Positions 14,785 through 23,734 are shown, numbered from the stretch's first letter. The stretch: DNA of 32,000 nt from an uncultured Bacteroidales bacterium (GCA_910586395.1 CAJUFX010000003.1:164893-196892), one strand, 5' to 3'. The notes: a model not told the origin generated them from the sequence alone. Numbers and translations: made by a program.

Positions 14785-16977
14785 TTACTGCCCACTGCGG
14801 TTTTTCTTGCCTTTCTTACGAAGTTGATCCAACAGGGGAGAATTGTAATTGAATGTTTTGAGATAACCCGATATAAAATCGGCCTCCTCTTCACGCCCGT
14901 CTTCCAGACAAACCATAAGATAGCAGGCCAAAAGCGGGAAATCCTGTTCAAACGCCAGACGTGAAAACAGACTCTCGGCATTGGAAACATACCGTCCCAT
15001 GTCTTGCCGTTCGAAATAGTCGTCCGCCGACAGCCGGTAACGGATAAAGCCCAAACTGTCGGCCACGGCCAAACGCATCCCGGCGGTATCCATGATTTGA
15101 CGATACCTACGCAAATGTGTCCATTGAAGCCGCAACCCACTCAAGCCGGCCGTATCCGACAGACAGGGATGTTCGGTGTCCCGGTCGGTTCGGAACAACG
15201 TTTCCGACTCCGCAATCAACAGACCGGCCGCTTTCTCGTCGCCGAGTCCCAACTGACGGCGGATTTCCTTGTACTTTGTATCCCATGCCTGCTGTTGTTG
15301 CCGACACAGCAACCGCGTACGCTGTTCTTCGAACACATCGAGCAGACTGTAGAATGGCATCCGGCCTTCCGGTTCCGTTTTTTCGACTATGGCCGAAGCC
15401 CTGCGATACAAACTGTCGCTTTGCGTCAAATCGTTTTGCCACAGCCGGTACTGCGCCTTGTTCAACAATTGTTCGACACAAAGCAAATCGTTGGCCGCCA
15501 TTTCCGCCTTAAAGTCGGCCGGCGTCCGCACGGGATAGTATCGGCGGATGGAATCGCCCATCGCGTAAGCCTCCTGTGCCGGGATGAATTGCCGTTTGGC
15601 GCGGTAAAGCCGGGCCTGCTCCACATAATAATCCCATTGCTTCTGCGCGTAAGCCAACGTCCATTTCTGCTGTTTGATGGAAAGCGGTTCATTGACGGAT
15701 GGCGCGGGCGCAGCCGATGGGGAAGGCGGCTGTTGCCTGTCGGCCGCTTCTTCGGCTACGACCGGTTGCTTGCCGGCGGTCTGCATCCCCTCCGCTTGCC
15801 GGCGTACCTCCGCCGGCTTGTCTGTCGTTCGCATCGCGCTTTCCGCCAGCAATTCGGCTTCAGCCTTGACCGATGCCGCTTCCGCCAAACGCAGTTCGGC
15901 ATCCATGTCGTAAATCACCTCAGGCGTTAACGGCGGCAATATAAGGCCGGTGCGCGCCGTAATCGTATCGACCATGGCGGCATAATAGGCCTTTTCGTCC
16001 GCATCGGCATAACGCATGAACTGACGGTAATCGGTCAGGATCTTTTCCAACAGCAGAACGCTACGGTCCACGCCATTCATATAATGCTCATAGCGCAGAT
16101 AGTAGTCATGCGCCGCCAAAGCCTGCCGTTGCGCCTGCTGGTAAAGCCCGCGTTCAAACGCCTTCTCGGCCACGGCATCGTAGGAATCAAAAATACCCTG
16201 ATAAGCCGTATAGAGCAGGTTGCGTTCGCGGTGCGGCAGATAAAACAACGGAAATTCCGGCAACAGATACCGTTTCATTTCCTCATACAGCGTAATCGCA
16301 TCCTGGTGAAGTCCTTCCGCCGTCAACTGTTCGATGCGTTCCAGCAATTTGACATACAATACATCGCCCAACGCCCGCACCTTGGGTTGCCACCCCAAGG
16401 GCGGCAATGTAGCGCTCGCATAGCCTAAGCAGGCTGTCCATACGCCCGTCCGCTCGGCTTCGCGCTGCAACTGTGTCCAACGGAACAATACGGCCCGTAC
16501 GAAAAAACGGTTGTGGGTCAACGCCAAATCGATGAACTTGTCCGCTTGCGCCCAATCGGGCGTTTTGGCGTTCAAGGCCTGTAAAGCCTGAATATAGTAA
16601 AGGCTGTCGATATACGACCGCCGGTAATCGACCCCCTGCCGTTTCTCGGCCAGCAGACGCCCTAAATCTGTAGGTATATCCCGATGGGCCTGCAGGCGGT
16701 AATAGCGGTAGCATTCGCTTTCGAGTTCGGAAAGCCGGCAATCGGTTTGCGACAACAAAGGCAAAGTCTGCAAATCGAGTTGACGGAGGCTTTCCATATA
16801 ATAAGTATAACGGCTTTCGGGCGAAAGCGTGTCGGCGGGCTGATCCGCCGGTGCCCGCATGGATGCCTGAACCGCCGTCTGTGACGGCATGGGTATCTGA
16901 GTCTGTGCCTGAGCCGACACGCTCAGACCGCAACAGCAGAGGCTGAAACACGTCCCTAAATATCGGTTCAGGCGCAT
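14785..16977 (-). CDS. Large secreted hypothetical protein, predicted all-alpha (TPR-like) with a central Ala/Glu coil and Pro-rich linker
   Basis: 730-aa ORF with signal peptide MRLNRYLGTCFSLCCCGLSVSAQA and no family signature I recognise. It is rich in Tyr, Arg, Leu and Gln. The linker ...AELRLAEAASVKAEAELLAES...QQPPSPSAAPAPSV spans about residues 355-432. The start overlaps the phoH stop by 10 nt. Confidence 0.8.
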   Translation of the reverse strand: MRLNRYLGTCFSLCCCGLSVSAQAQTQIPMPSQTAVQASMRAPADQPADTLSPESRYTYYMESLRQLDLQTLPLLSQTDCRLSELESECYRYYRLQAHRDIPTDLGRLLAEKRQGVDYRRSYIDSLYYIQALQALNAKTPDWAQADKFIDLALTHNRFFVRAVLFRWTQLQREAERTGVWTACLGYASATLPPLGWQPKVRALGDVLYVKLLERIEQLTAEGLHQDAITLYEEMKRYLLPEFPLFYLPHRERNLLYTAYQGIFDSYDAVAEKAFERGLYQQAQRQALAAHDYYLRYEHYMNGVDRSVLLLEKILTDYRQFMRYADADEKAYYAAMVDTITARTGLILPPLTPEVIYDMDAELRLAEAASVKAEAELLAESAMRTTDKPAEVRRQAEGMQTAGKQPVVAEEAADRQQPPSPSAAPAPSVNEPLSIKQQKWTLAYAQKQWDYYVEQARLYRAKRQFIPAQEAYAMGDSIRRYYPVRTPADFKAEMAANDLLCVEQLLNKAQYRLWQNDLTQSDSLYRRASAIVEKTEPEGRMPFYSLLDVFEEQRTRLLCRQQQQAWDTKYKEIRRQLGLGDEKAAGLLIAESETLFRTDRDTEHPCLSDTAGLSGLRLQWTHLRRYRQIMDTAGMRLAVADSLGFIRYRLSADDYFERQDMGRYVSNAESLFSRLAFEQDFPLLACYLMVCLEDGREEEADFISGYLKTFNYNSPLLDQLRKKGKKNRSGQ

Positions 16978-17972
16978 GGCTTCGGTTTTGAAGGTTGGTC
17001 CGCCGGCGCGCCTTTCGCTTCGGGTTTGGCGGCCTGTTCATAAGCATGCAGAATGCGCGTGACGATGGGGTGGCGCACGACATCTTCGGCTTTAAGCCGT
17101 ACGAAGCCGATTTCCGGCACGTCGGCCAGTATTTTCAGCGCATGCAGGAGACCTGACGGCTGTTTTTCGGGCAGGTCGATTTGGGAGGTATCGCCCGTGA
17201 TGACGAATTTGGCCGCCCGTCCCATACGGGTCAGAAACATTTTCATCTGCATGCGCGTGGCATTCTGCGCCTCGTCCAAAATGACAAAGGCTTTGTCCAA
17301 CGTGCGGCCGCGCATAAACGCCAGGGGCGCGATTTCGATGATGCCTTCCTCCATATAGCCCAACAGTTTCTGATAGGGCAACATATCTTTGAGCGCGTCG
17401 AACAGCGGTTGCATGTAAGGGTCGAGTTTCTCCCGCATGTCGCCGGGCAGAAACCCCAGGTTCTCGCCGGCTTCCACGGCCGGCCGGGTCAGGATGATGC
17501 GCTTTACCTCTTTGTTCTTGAGTGCATTGACCGCCAAGGCGACGGCCGTATAGGTCTTGCCGCTCCCGGCCGGCCCCACGGCAAACACCATGTCTTTGGC
17601 GCGGCAGGCGTCGGCCAAGGCCTGCTGCCCCGCGGTCAGCGCGCGGATTTGCCGTCCGCCGCTTCCGGCGACCAAAACAGCCGCGGCAGGCACCGCCGAT
17701 GGCTCGGCCGGTTCCTCCGTTTCCTGTTCGAAAATGCGTTCCACGTCTTTTTCCGTCAACCGGTTCATACGGTCGTAATGCCACAGCACGAACTTCATTT
17801 TCTGCTCCAAATCGGCCAAATGAGCCGGATCGCCCACGGCTTTGAGCAGATGTCCCCTGAGGATAATGCGCAGTTGTGGAAAATATTTGCGGATAGCGGC
17901 CAGTTTCTCTTCGTTCAAACCGAAGAGTTCCTTGGGATCCGCCTGTTGAATTTCGATATAAGTTTCACTCAT
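16968..17972 (-). CDS. phoH: PhoH-family ATPase (PhoH/YbeZ)
   Basis: Walker A GPAGSGKTYTAVALAV, plus ILTRPAVEAGENLGFLPGDMREKLDPYMQPLFDAL and VILDEAQN (Walker B). 334 aa. Confidence 0.95.
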   Translation of the reverse strand: MSETYIEIQQADPKELFGLNEEKLAAIRKYFPQLRIILRGHLLKAVGDPAHLADLEQKMKFVLWHYDRMNRLTEKDVERIFEQETEEPAEPSAVPAAAVLVAGSGGRQIRALTAGQQALADACRAKDMVFAVGPAGSGKTYTAVALAVNALKNKEVKRIILTRPAVEAGENLGFLPGDMREKLDPYMQPLFDALKDMLPYQKLLGYMEEGIIEIAPLAFMRGRTLDKAFVILDEAQNATRMQMKMFLTRMGRAAKFVITGDTSQIDLPEKQPSGLLHALKILADVPEIGFVRLKAEDVVRHPIVTRILHAYEQAAKPEAKGAPADQPSKPKPCA

Positions 17973-18056
17973 ATATTAAGGTAGCCGGAGGTAGCGCGCC
18001 ATGCGGCCGGGGCGACCCCGACCGCCGGTCAGCGGGTGACGCATCCTATCTTGACG

Positions 18057-18064
18057 CAAAATTA
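18057..18064 (-). promoter_or_regulatory. Bacteroidota -7 promoter box (TAATTTTG) for the phoH operon
   Basis: Exact TAnnTTTG on the minus strand, about 85 nt upstream of the phoH ATG. The leader contains a 10-bp GC hairpin (18003-18025). Confidence 0.45.
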
Positions 18065-18096
18065 GCACAAATTTTGATAAATGCCCGCCAAATGAT

Positions 18097-18104
18097 TATT
18101 TTTG
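18097..18104 (+). promoter_or_regulatory. Bacteroidota -7 promoter box (TATTTTTG)
   Basis: Exact TAnnTTTG 23 nt upstream of the ATG at 18127, divergent from the phoH promoter. Confidence 0.5.
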
Positions 18105-18126
18105 CTTAAAATAAGCGGGATATCAG

Positions 18127-18987
18127 ATGTCAATAGTAACACTTTTAAGCGATTGGGGGCTGTCCGATTACTATGCGGCCGCCGTCAAGGGCCGCTTGTA
18201 CGGCGAGTGGCCGGAAGTGCGCGTCGTCGATATCTCGCATCAGATTCCAAAATACGACATCGTTTCAGCCGCTTACGTCCTTCGGCAGGCCTACCCGTAT
18301 TTTCCACAAGGCACCATCCACTGCATAGGCGTCAACGACATCGCAACCGAAAAACAACCGCATATCATCGTTCTGGAAGCCGGCCAGTATTTCATCGGAA
18401 CCGACAACGGCCTGTTCACGCGTCTTTTCGATCATAAACCGGCCGCGGCCTGGCGCATCCTGCTGGCCCCCGACGGCCACGCCGCCACCTTCCCGTCGCT
18501 CAACCTGTTTCCGCTCGTGGCCCTGCATTTGGGGCGAGGCGGTCATCCGGAAGAAATAGGCGAGCCATACGGCTGGCCGGACAGAAACTTCAACATGCAC
18601 ACGAACGTGGCCTTTTGCGATTACGATTATGCGCCGGACGGCCGACCGGCAGGCGCCTGCATTACCGGCAGCATCATCTATATCGACAGCTACGGCAACG
18701 GCGTCACGAACATCACGCGGCCAATGTTCGAACAGGCGTTGGCCGAATTTCCGCGTTTCGAAATCCGGCTTCAGTCTTACGATGCCCGCCGCGGCAAAAA
18801 ACCGTTCAACAGGATTAGCCGCGTTTATGCCGATGAACCCGAAGCCGACCTGTGCGCCTTGTTTTTAGACAACCAACAGTTGGAAATATCGTTGAGCCAT
18901 GCTTCGGCAGCCCAATTGATCAACATGAAACTCGGTTCGGCCGTCCGGATTTATTTCCGCCCTGGGCAAACCGTTATAACCGGTTAA
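18127..18987 (+). CDS. SAM hydrolase / SAM-dependent halogenase family protein (S-adenosyl-L-methionine hydroxide adenosyltransferase, DUF62)
   Basis: The N-terminus IVTLLSDWGLSDYYAAAVKGRL...DISHQIPKYDIVSAAYVL is characteristic of the family (consensus TDFG..D.YVG..KG). 286 aa, the typical length. Confidence 0.85.
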   Translation: MSIVTLLSDWGLSDYYAAAVKGRLYGEWPEVRVVDISHQIPKYDIVSAAYVLRQAYPYFPQGTIHCIGVNDIATEKQPHIIVLEAGQYFIGTDNGLFTRLFDHKPAAAWRILLAPDGHAATFPSLNLFPLVALHLGRGGHPEEIGEPYGWPDRNFNMHTNVAFCDYDYAPDGRPAGACITGSIIYIDSYGNGVTNITRPMFEQALAEFPRFEIRLQSYDARRGKKPFNRISRVYADEPEADLCALFLDNQQLEISLSHASAAQLINMKLGSAVRIYFRPGQTVITG

Positions 18988-19000
18988 GCCGTAATTTTTT

Positions 19001-21373
19001 ATGTTCGCCATCGTCAAAAAAGAAATCCGCTCGTTTTTCGCCGGCCCGTCGGCCTACCTGACGGGAACCGTATTTCTCGTACTCAACGCCTGCGTGCTGT
19101 TCATCCTGCCCACGCCCTACAACCTGTTCGACAGCGGTTTCGCCGCCATGGACGGCTTTTTCGAATGGATGCCGCTCGTGTTCCTGTTTCTGATTCCGGC
19201 TCTCTGCATGCGCGGTTTCGCGGAAGAAAAGAAGACCGGCACGCTCGAAACGCTGCTGACGCGCCCCGTATCGGAAGCCGCCATCGTGGGCGGCAAGTGG
19301 TTGGCCGTCTTCATCCTGCTGGTTTTATTCCTGTTGCCGGCCTTCCTTTACCGTTACTGCCTGTCTGAACTCGCCACGCCGCCGGGCAATATCGACCGGG
19401 CCGCCTTTTGGGGCGCGTTTGTCGGCGTCTTGCTGCTGGGGAGCGTCTTTATCTCGATAGGGCTTTGCCTCTCGGCCTGTACGCGCAGTCAAATGATGGC
19501 GTTCATCCTGTCGGCCGCCGCCTGCGCCGTATTCTACTGGGGCTTTGACGCGCTGTCACGCCTGCCGCTTTTCGGCCGCTTCGACTTACAGACGGCCTCT
19601 CTCGGCCTGCGTCACCACTACCGTTCGTTGAGCCGCGGCGTCATCGATTTGCGCGACGTGGTCTATTACATCGTGCTCGCCGCCCTTTTCTTCGGCTTGA
19701 CGGTCCTGCGCATCGCACGGCAGCGGAAAAGCCTGAAACGGCCGGCCATCGGCCTTGCGGGCGGGCTTCTACTCATCAGCATAGGCGCCGCCGTCTGGGG
19801 CGGCCGCTGGGATCTGACGGCCGACAAACGCTATACGCTCCTGCCTGTCTCGAAAGAGATTCTGCAATCCGGCAAAGAGCCCGTCTTGGTCAAGGTCTAT
19901 CTGACGGGCGACCTGCCGGCGGCCTTCAAGCGCATGGAAAAGAGCCTGCGCGAACTGCTTGACGAGTGCCGGCTCTACCGGCCCGACCTGCGTTACCGTT
20001 TCATCGACATCTACGAGGCCGAATCGGCCAAAAGCGAAGCGCTCGTGCGCGAACTCATGGAAAAAGGATTGGAGCCGACCCAACTCGAAGTCAAGACCAA
20101 AGAGGGGATGACGCGCCGGCTGATTTTTCCGTGCGCCGAACTGACGATAGGCGAGCGGACGCTGCCGCTCAACCTGTTGCAACCGCAACTCGGCCAGGAC
20201 GCCCAAAACACGCTGAACCGCAGCGTCGAAAACCTGGAACTGCAACTCATTCAGGCGATCCGGCTCATGGAGACGCCACCCGCCCAGCGCGTGGCCTTTC
20301 TCGAAGGCCAGGGCGAATGGCCGTTCAGCCGCACGCTCTCGGTAGGCAAGGCCCTGAGCCTTTTTTACCGCACCGAACGCTGGGCTTTCGGCGACACCAC
20401 GCCGCTCGAAGCCTACGACCTGCTGATTGTGGCACGGCCGACCGAAGCGTTCAGCGAAGCGGACAAATACCGGATTGACCAATACGTCATGCAGGGCGGC
20501 AAGCTGTTATGGCTGATCGACCCGAGCAACGCCAGTATGGATTCCCTGCGCAAGTACGAAGAGGAACTGGCCTTGCTCCATCCGCTCAACTGGGAGGAGG
20601 TCTGGTTCCGCTACGGCTTCCGTCTGCGCAACGAACTGATTTTAGATCTTAACGCCTGCCCGTCGCCGGTCGTGACCGGGTATATGGGCAACCGGCCGCT
20701 TATCGAATTCATCCCGAACGTTTATCGCCCCGTGCTTCTGCCGGCCGATTCGGTCATGGGCCGACAGCTGGAACCGCTCTGCGGCGAGTTCGTAGCCGGC
20801 GTGGACACCATCGCCAACGCCTTGGTCAAACGGCCGTTGCTACAGACTTCGGCCCATACGCGCCGCGTGCCGCTGCCGCATGCCGTTTCGGCCGACCTCA
20901 TGCGCGAGCAACTGGAACCCGAATTATTTGAGGGTGGCGTACAGACCGTGGGCTGGTGGATAGAGGGCGTCTTCGAATCGGCCTTCAAGGCGCGGCGCCC
21001 CGAAGCGACCGCCTCTATGGGGGCTTTCCGGGCGCAGAGCGAACCGACAGCCATGGTTGTCATCGGCGACGGCGACCTGATACGCAACGACTTCGACCCG
21101 CGGAGCGGGGAGGCCTTTCCGGCCGGTTTCGACCCTTACGCCGCCCGTCTCTACGGCAATCAGGATTTCCTGATACGCACCGTACACCTGCTCTGCGGCC
21201 ATCCCGAATGGATACCGCTCAGGGAACGGCAGATCGCGTGGCGGCTGTTGGACGCCGCCCGCGTGGAACAGACGCGCGGCCGCTGGACGGTCGTGCTGCT
21301 GGCCGTGCCGTTGGCCGTACTTTTCGCGCTCGGTTTCGGCCTCGGCCATCTACGAAAGAAAAACTTTAAATGA
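19001..21373 (+). CDS. Fused ABC-2 permease (GldF-like) and GldG-like ABC-transporter auxiliary protein
   Basis: Residues 1-240 have 6 TM helices and FAEEKKTGTLETLLTRPVS, as in GldF/ABC-2 permeases. From about residue 250 there is a TM helix followed by WDLTADKRYTLLPVSKEIL and a large soluble region ending in a C-terminal TM anchor, as in GldG. The start is 13 nt after the upstream gene. Confidence 0.85.
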   Translation: MFAIVKKEIRSFFAGPSAYLTGTVFLVLNACVLFILPTPYNLFDSGFAAMDGFFEWMPLVFLFLIPALCMRGFAEEKKTGTLETLLTRPVSEAAIVGGKWLAVFILLVLFLLPAFLYRYCLSELATPPGNIDRAAFWGAFVGVLLLGSVFISIGLCLSACTRSQMMAFILSAAACAVFYWGFDALSRLPLFGRFDLQTASLGLRHHYRSLSRGVIDLRDVVYYIVLAALFFGLTVLRIARQRKSLKRPAIGLAGGLLLISIGAAVWGGRWDLTADKRYTLLPVSKEILQSGKEPVLVKVYLTGDLPAAFKRMEKSLRELLDECRLYRPDLRYRFIDIYEAESAKSEALVRELMEKGLEPTQLEVKTKEGMTRRLIFPCAELTIGERTLPLNLLQPQLGQDAQNTLNRSVENLELQLIQAIRLMETPPAQRVAFLEGQGEWPFSRTLSVGKALSLFYRTERWAFGDTTPLEAYDLLIVARPTEAFSEADKYRIDQYVMQGGKLLWLIDPSNASMDSLRKYEEELALLHPLNWEEVWFRYGFRLRNELILDLNACPSPVVTGYMGNRPLIEFIPNVYRPVLLPADSVMGRQLEPLCGEFVAGVDTIANALVKRPLLQTSAHTRRVPLPHAVSADLMREQLEPELFEGGVQTVGWWIEGVFESAFKARRPEATASMGAFRAQSEPTAMVVIGDGDLIRNDFDPRSGEAFPAGFDPYAARLYGNQDFLIRTVHLLCGHPEWIPLRERQIAWRLLDAARVEQTRGRWTVVLLAVPLAVLFALGFGLGHLRKKNFK

Positions 21374-22458
21374 GCATGCGAATAAAACTGACAAACAAAA
21401 TACTAGTATATCTCTTAATAACGCTCGCCATCGGCTTGGCCGGCCTTTACGCCTTCCGCCTGCAGGGGCGGCAACGGTCGCTCAACCTGCGGGCGGCGAC
21501 GGCCGAGGTTGTGGAAATCCGGCTTCGCGTGGCCGACACGTCGGTCCGGCTGTTCCGGCGGGCGGACGAATGGAGGCTGTCGCATCCGGCCCTGTCTGTG
21601 TCCGTCATGGCCGACGAGGCGGCCGTGGAGACGCTTTTGGACGACCTGAGGCATTGGGAGGTCAAGACGTTGGTGCCGGCCGAAGACTTTGAGACGGCAG
21701 CCGATACCGTCTCCACGCCCGTTTCAGGCCGCCTGCGCGTCTATACGCAGGGACGTTGGGGCGGTCTTTTCGGCCACCGCAAGGTATGGGACGGCCGTTT
21801 CCGTCGGAGCGACCGCGCGCTCTACCTGCGGGACAGCCGACGCCTTTACAGCCGCCTCTACGATCCGAGGCGGGCGGGCGAGGGCGGGGAAGCCGCCCTC
21901 GCGGCGGACTGCACGACCGCCCTCCGGCACTGGCGCGACCGCTGGATATCCCACTACTATTATTATGACATCGCCCGGGCCGAATGGCAGTCCGCCGACG
22001 GCCGGCGTTTCGTCTATACGCCGCCAACGGCCGCCGCGGGGACGACGCCGGCCGACCGCCCGTTCCATCCCCAACCGGCGGAGGGGGCGGCCTCCCCCTC
22101 CGGAAGCCCTGAAGCCGCCCTGTCGGCTTTCCGCGGCGTACGTTTCGACCGCTACGCCGAACCGGCCGACTCGGCCGCCCTCGCAACAGCCCTGAACGCG
22201 CCGCCCGCCGCCGTCTTCTCGGTCGTCTCCACCGCCGGCGACAGCACGCGCCTGACCGCCTACACGCTCTACGACACGGCCGGCCGGGCCGACTGGTTCC
22301 GCCTCTGCGGCATTCTGGACCGCCATACCGTGCCGGCCGCCGTCAAGGGCCATCGTCCGGCCGCCCCCCTCCGCACGCGCGACACGGTCTTCCTCAACTA
22401 CCCGCCGCTCGACCGCCTGCGCGCCGCCCTGGCCACGTATCCCCTCAACGAGCCTTGA
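21370..22458 (+). CDS. DUF4340-like membrane-anchored protein (usual partner of GldG-type genes); very GC-rich with a low-complexity middle
   Basis: N-terminal TM anchor KILVYLLITLAIGLAGLYAF, then W.L..P......ADEAAVETLLDDL, which resembles DUF4340. ATGA overlap with the upstream stop. The family call rests on context and loose motif resemblance. Confidence 0.65.
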   Translation: MSMRIKLTNKILVYLLITLAIGLAGLYAFRLQGRQRSLNLRAATAEVVEIRLRVADTSVRLFRRADEWRLSHPALSVSVMADEAAVETLLDDLRHWEVKTLVPAEDFETAADTVSTPVSGRLRVYTQGRWGGLFGHRKVWDGRFRRSDRALYLRDSRRLYSRLYDPRRAGEGGEAALAADCTTALRHWRDRWISHYYYYDIARAEWQSADGRRFVYTPPTAAAGTTPADRPFHPQPAEGAASPSGSPEAALSAFRGVRFDRYAEPADSAALATALNAPPAAVFSVVSTAGDSTRLTAYTLYDTAGRADWFRLCGILDRHTVPAAVKGHRPAAPLRTRDTVFLNYPPLDRLRAALATYPLNEP

Positions 22459-22544
22459 AACCGAACTTCTTAACAGGCACGATCGCTTGGCCGCACTGCT
22501 GAGCCACCATTTCAGACCGATTTGTAAAAACGGCAAAATAAAAG

Positions 22545-22552
22545 TATATTTG
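22545..22552 (+). promoter_or_regulatory. Bacteroidota -7 promoter box (TATATTTG) for dnaN
   Basis: Exact TAnnTTTG 49 nt upstream of the ATG at 22601. Confidence 0.5.
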
Positions 22553-22600
22553 CATTGCTTTTAAGCCTAACGCGATTATATACCGAAAACCTTATATTCT

Positions 22601-23728
22601 ATGAGATTCATCGTCAACAGCCAGGTTCTGCTCAAACATCTGCAGGCCGTAGGCGGCGTCATTTCCACCAACACGTCCATGCCCATTCTGGAGAATTACC
22701 TGTTCGACCTGCGGGGTTCGGAACTCTCCATCATCGGCTCCAACGCCGAAACCACGATTATGGTGACGCTTGAAGTGGAATCGAACGAAGACGGCCGCGT
22801 GGCCATTCCCTCCAAGATGTTGCAGGAAATCGTCAAGACGTTCCCCGACATGCCGATGGTGTTCCAGATAGACAACGACAATTTCGGCGTCGAAATCTCG
22901 GTAGGCGAGGACGGCAATTACAAACTGGCCGGCGAAGACCCCGCCGCCTATACTGAAATCCCGATGGTGGAAGGCGAACTCGGCAAAACCGAATTGCCGG
23001 CCGACCTGCTTTCGAGCGCGATTTCCAAGACCGTCTTCGCGACGGGTAACGACGCATTGCGCATGGTTATGTCGGGCGTCTATTTCGAACTCTCGCCCGA
23101 AAACCTGACGTTCGTGGCCACCGACGCCCACAAGCTCGTCCGTTATCGCCGTACCGACGCCCACGCGGCGGCCAGCGGTCATTTCATCGTGCCCAAGCGC
23201 GCGTTGTTGCAACTTAAGAACGTGCTTTCGCTACGCAAGGAAAACGTGCCCGTCACGATGGTCTATAACGACCGCAACGTATTCTTCTCGTTTGAGAAAG
23301 TACAGATTATCTGCCGCCTCATCGATGGCAAATACCCCAACTACGATGCGGTCATCCCGAAAGACAACCCGCACCGCCTCACGATCGACCGCGCCTCTTT
23401 CCTGACGGCCCTGCGCCGCATCGCGATTTTCGCCGAACAGTCGGTTCCCCAGGCGCGCTTGAAAATCAGCGGCAAGGAACTGCTCCTCTCGGCCGAAGAC
23501 GTGGCCAAGTCGAACGCGGCCAAAGAAAAACTCGCATGCCAGTACGAGGGCGAACCGATAGAAATCGGTTTCAACGCCAAATTCCTCATCGAAATGCTCA
23601 ACAACATCGAGACCGAGGAAGTCTGCCTCGCGATGTCGCATCCGAGCCGGGCGGGCATATTGCTGCCGGTCAACAATGCCGACGAAGCCGAAGACATCCT
23701 CATGCTCGTCATGCCGGTGGCCCTGTAA
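22601..23728 (+). CDS. dnaN: DNA polymerase III subunit beta (sliding clamp)
   Basis: MRFIVNSQVLLKHLQAVGGVISTNTSMPILENYLFDL is the typical DnaN N-terminus. 375 aa with a three-domain length, and LVATDAHKLV- and YPNYDAVIP-type motifs. Confidence 0.95.
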   Translation: MRFIVNSQVLLKHLQAVGGVISTNTSMPILENYLFDLRGSELSIIGSNAETTIMVTLEVESNEDGRVAIPSKMLQEIVKTFPDMPMVFQIDNDNFGVEISVGEDGNYKLAGEDPAAYTEIPMVEGELGKTELPADLLSSAISKTVFATGNDALRMVMSGVYFELSPENLTFVATDAHKLVRYRRTDAHAAASGHFIVPKRALLQLKNVLSLRKENVPVTMVYNDRNVFFSFEKVQIICRLIDGKYPNYDAVIPKDNPHRLTIDRASFLTALRRIAIFAEQSVPQARLKISGKELLLSAEDVAKSNAAKEKLACQYEGEPIEIGFNAKFLIEMLNNIETEEVCLAMSHPSRAGILLPVNNADEAEDILMLVMPVAL

Positions 23729-23734
23729 AAGGCG

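Noticed and set aside
14775-15140. N-terminal extension of the M23 peptidase ORF
   Set aside because: It overlaps the 3' end of the 730-aa gene in another frame. The Met at 14774 or 14768 gives a normal signal peptide right after the upstream stop.
15004-15930. 308-aa plus-strand ORF; also 17181-17984 (267 aa, plus), 19769-20482 (237 aa, minus), 25248-26048 (266 aa, minus), 28493-29221 (242 aa, minus) and 29273-30442 (389 aa, minus)
   Set aside because: They are antisense to the 730-aa gene, phoH, gldFG, the OFOR beta subunit and pnp respectively. In each case the sense gene has unmistakable conserved motifs and the antisense translation is Arg/Gly/Ala/Val-rich.
21724-22536. 270-aa minus-strand ORF and two other overlapping ORFs in the GC-rich block
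   Set aside because: The Gly/Arg/Ala-rich translations lack a TM anchor and motifs. The plus-frame ORF has a TM anchor, an ATGA coupling to gldFG and DUF4340-like features. I kept this as a caution in the findings.
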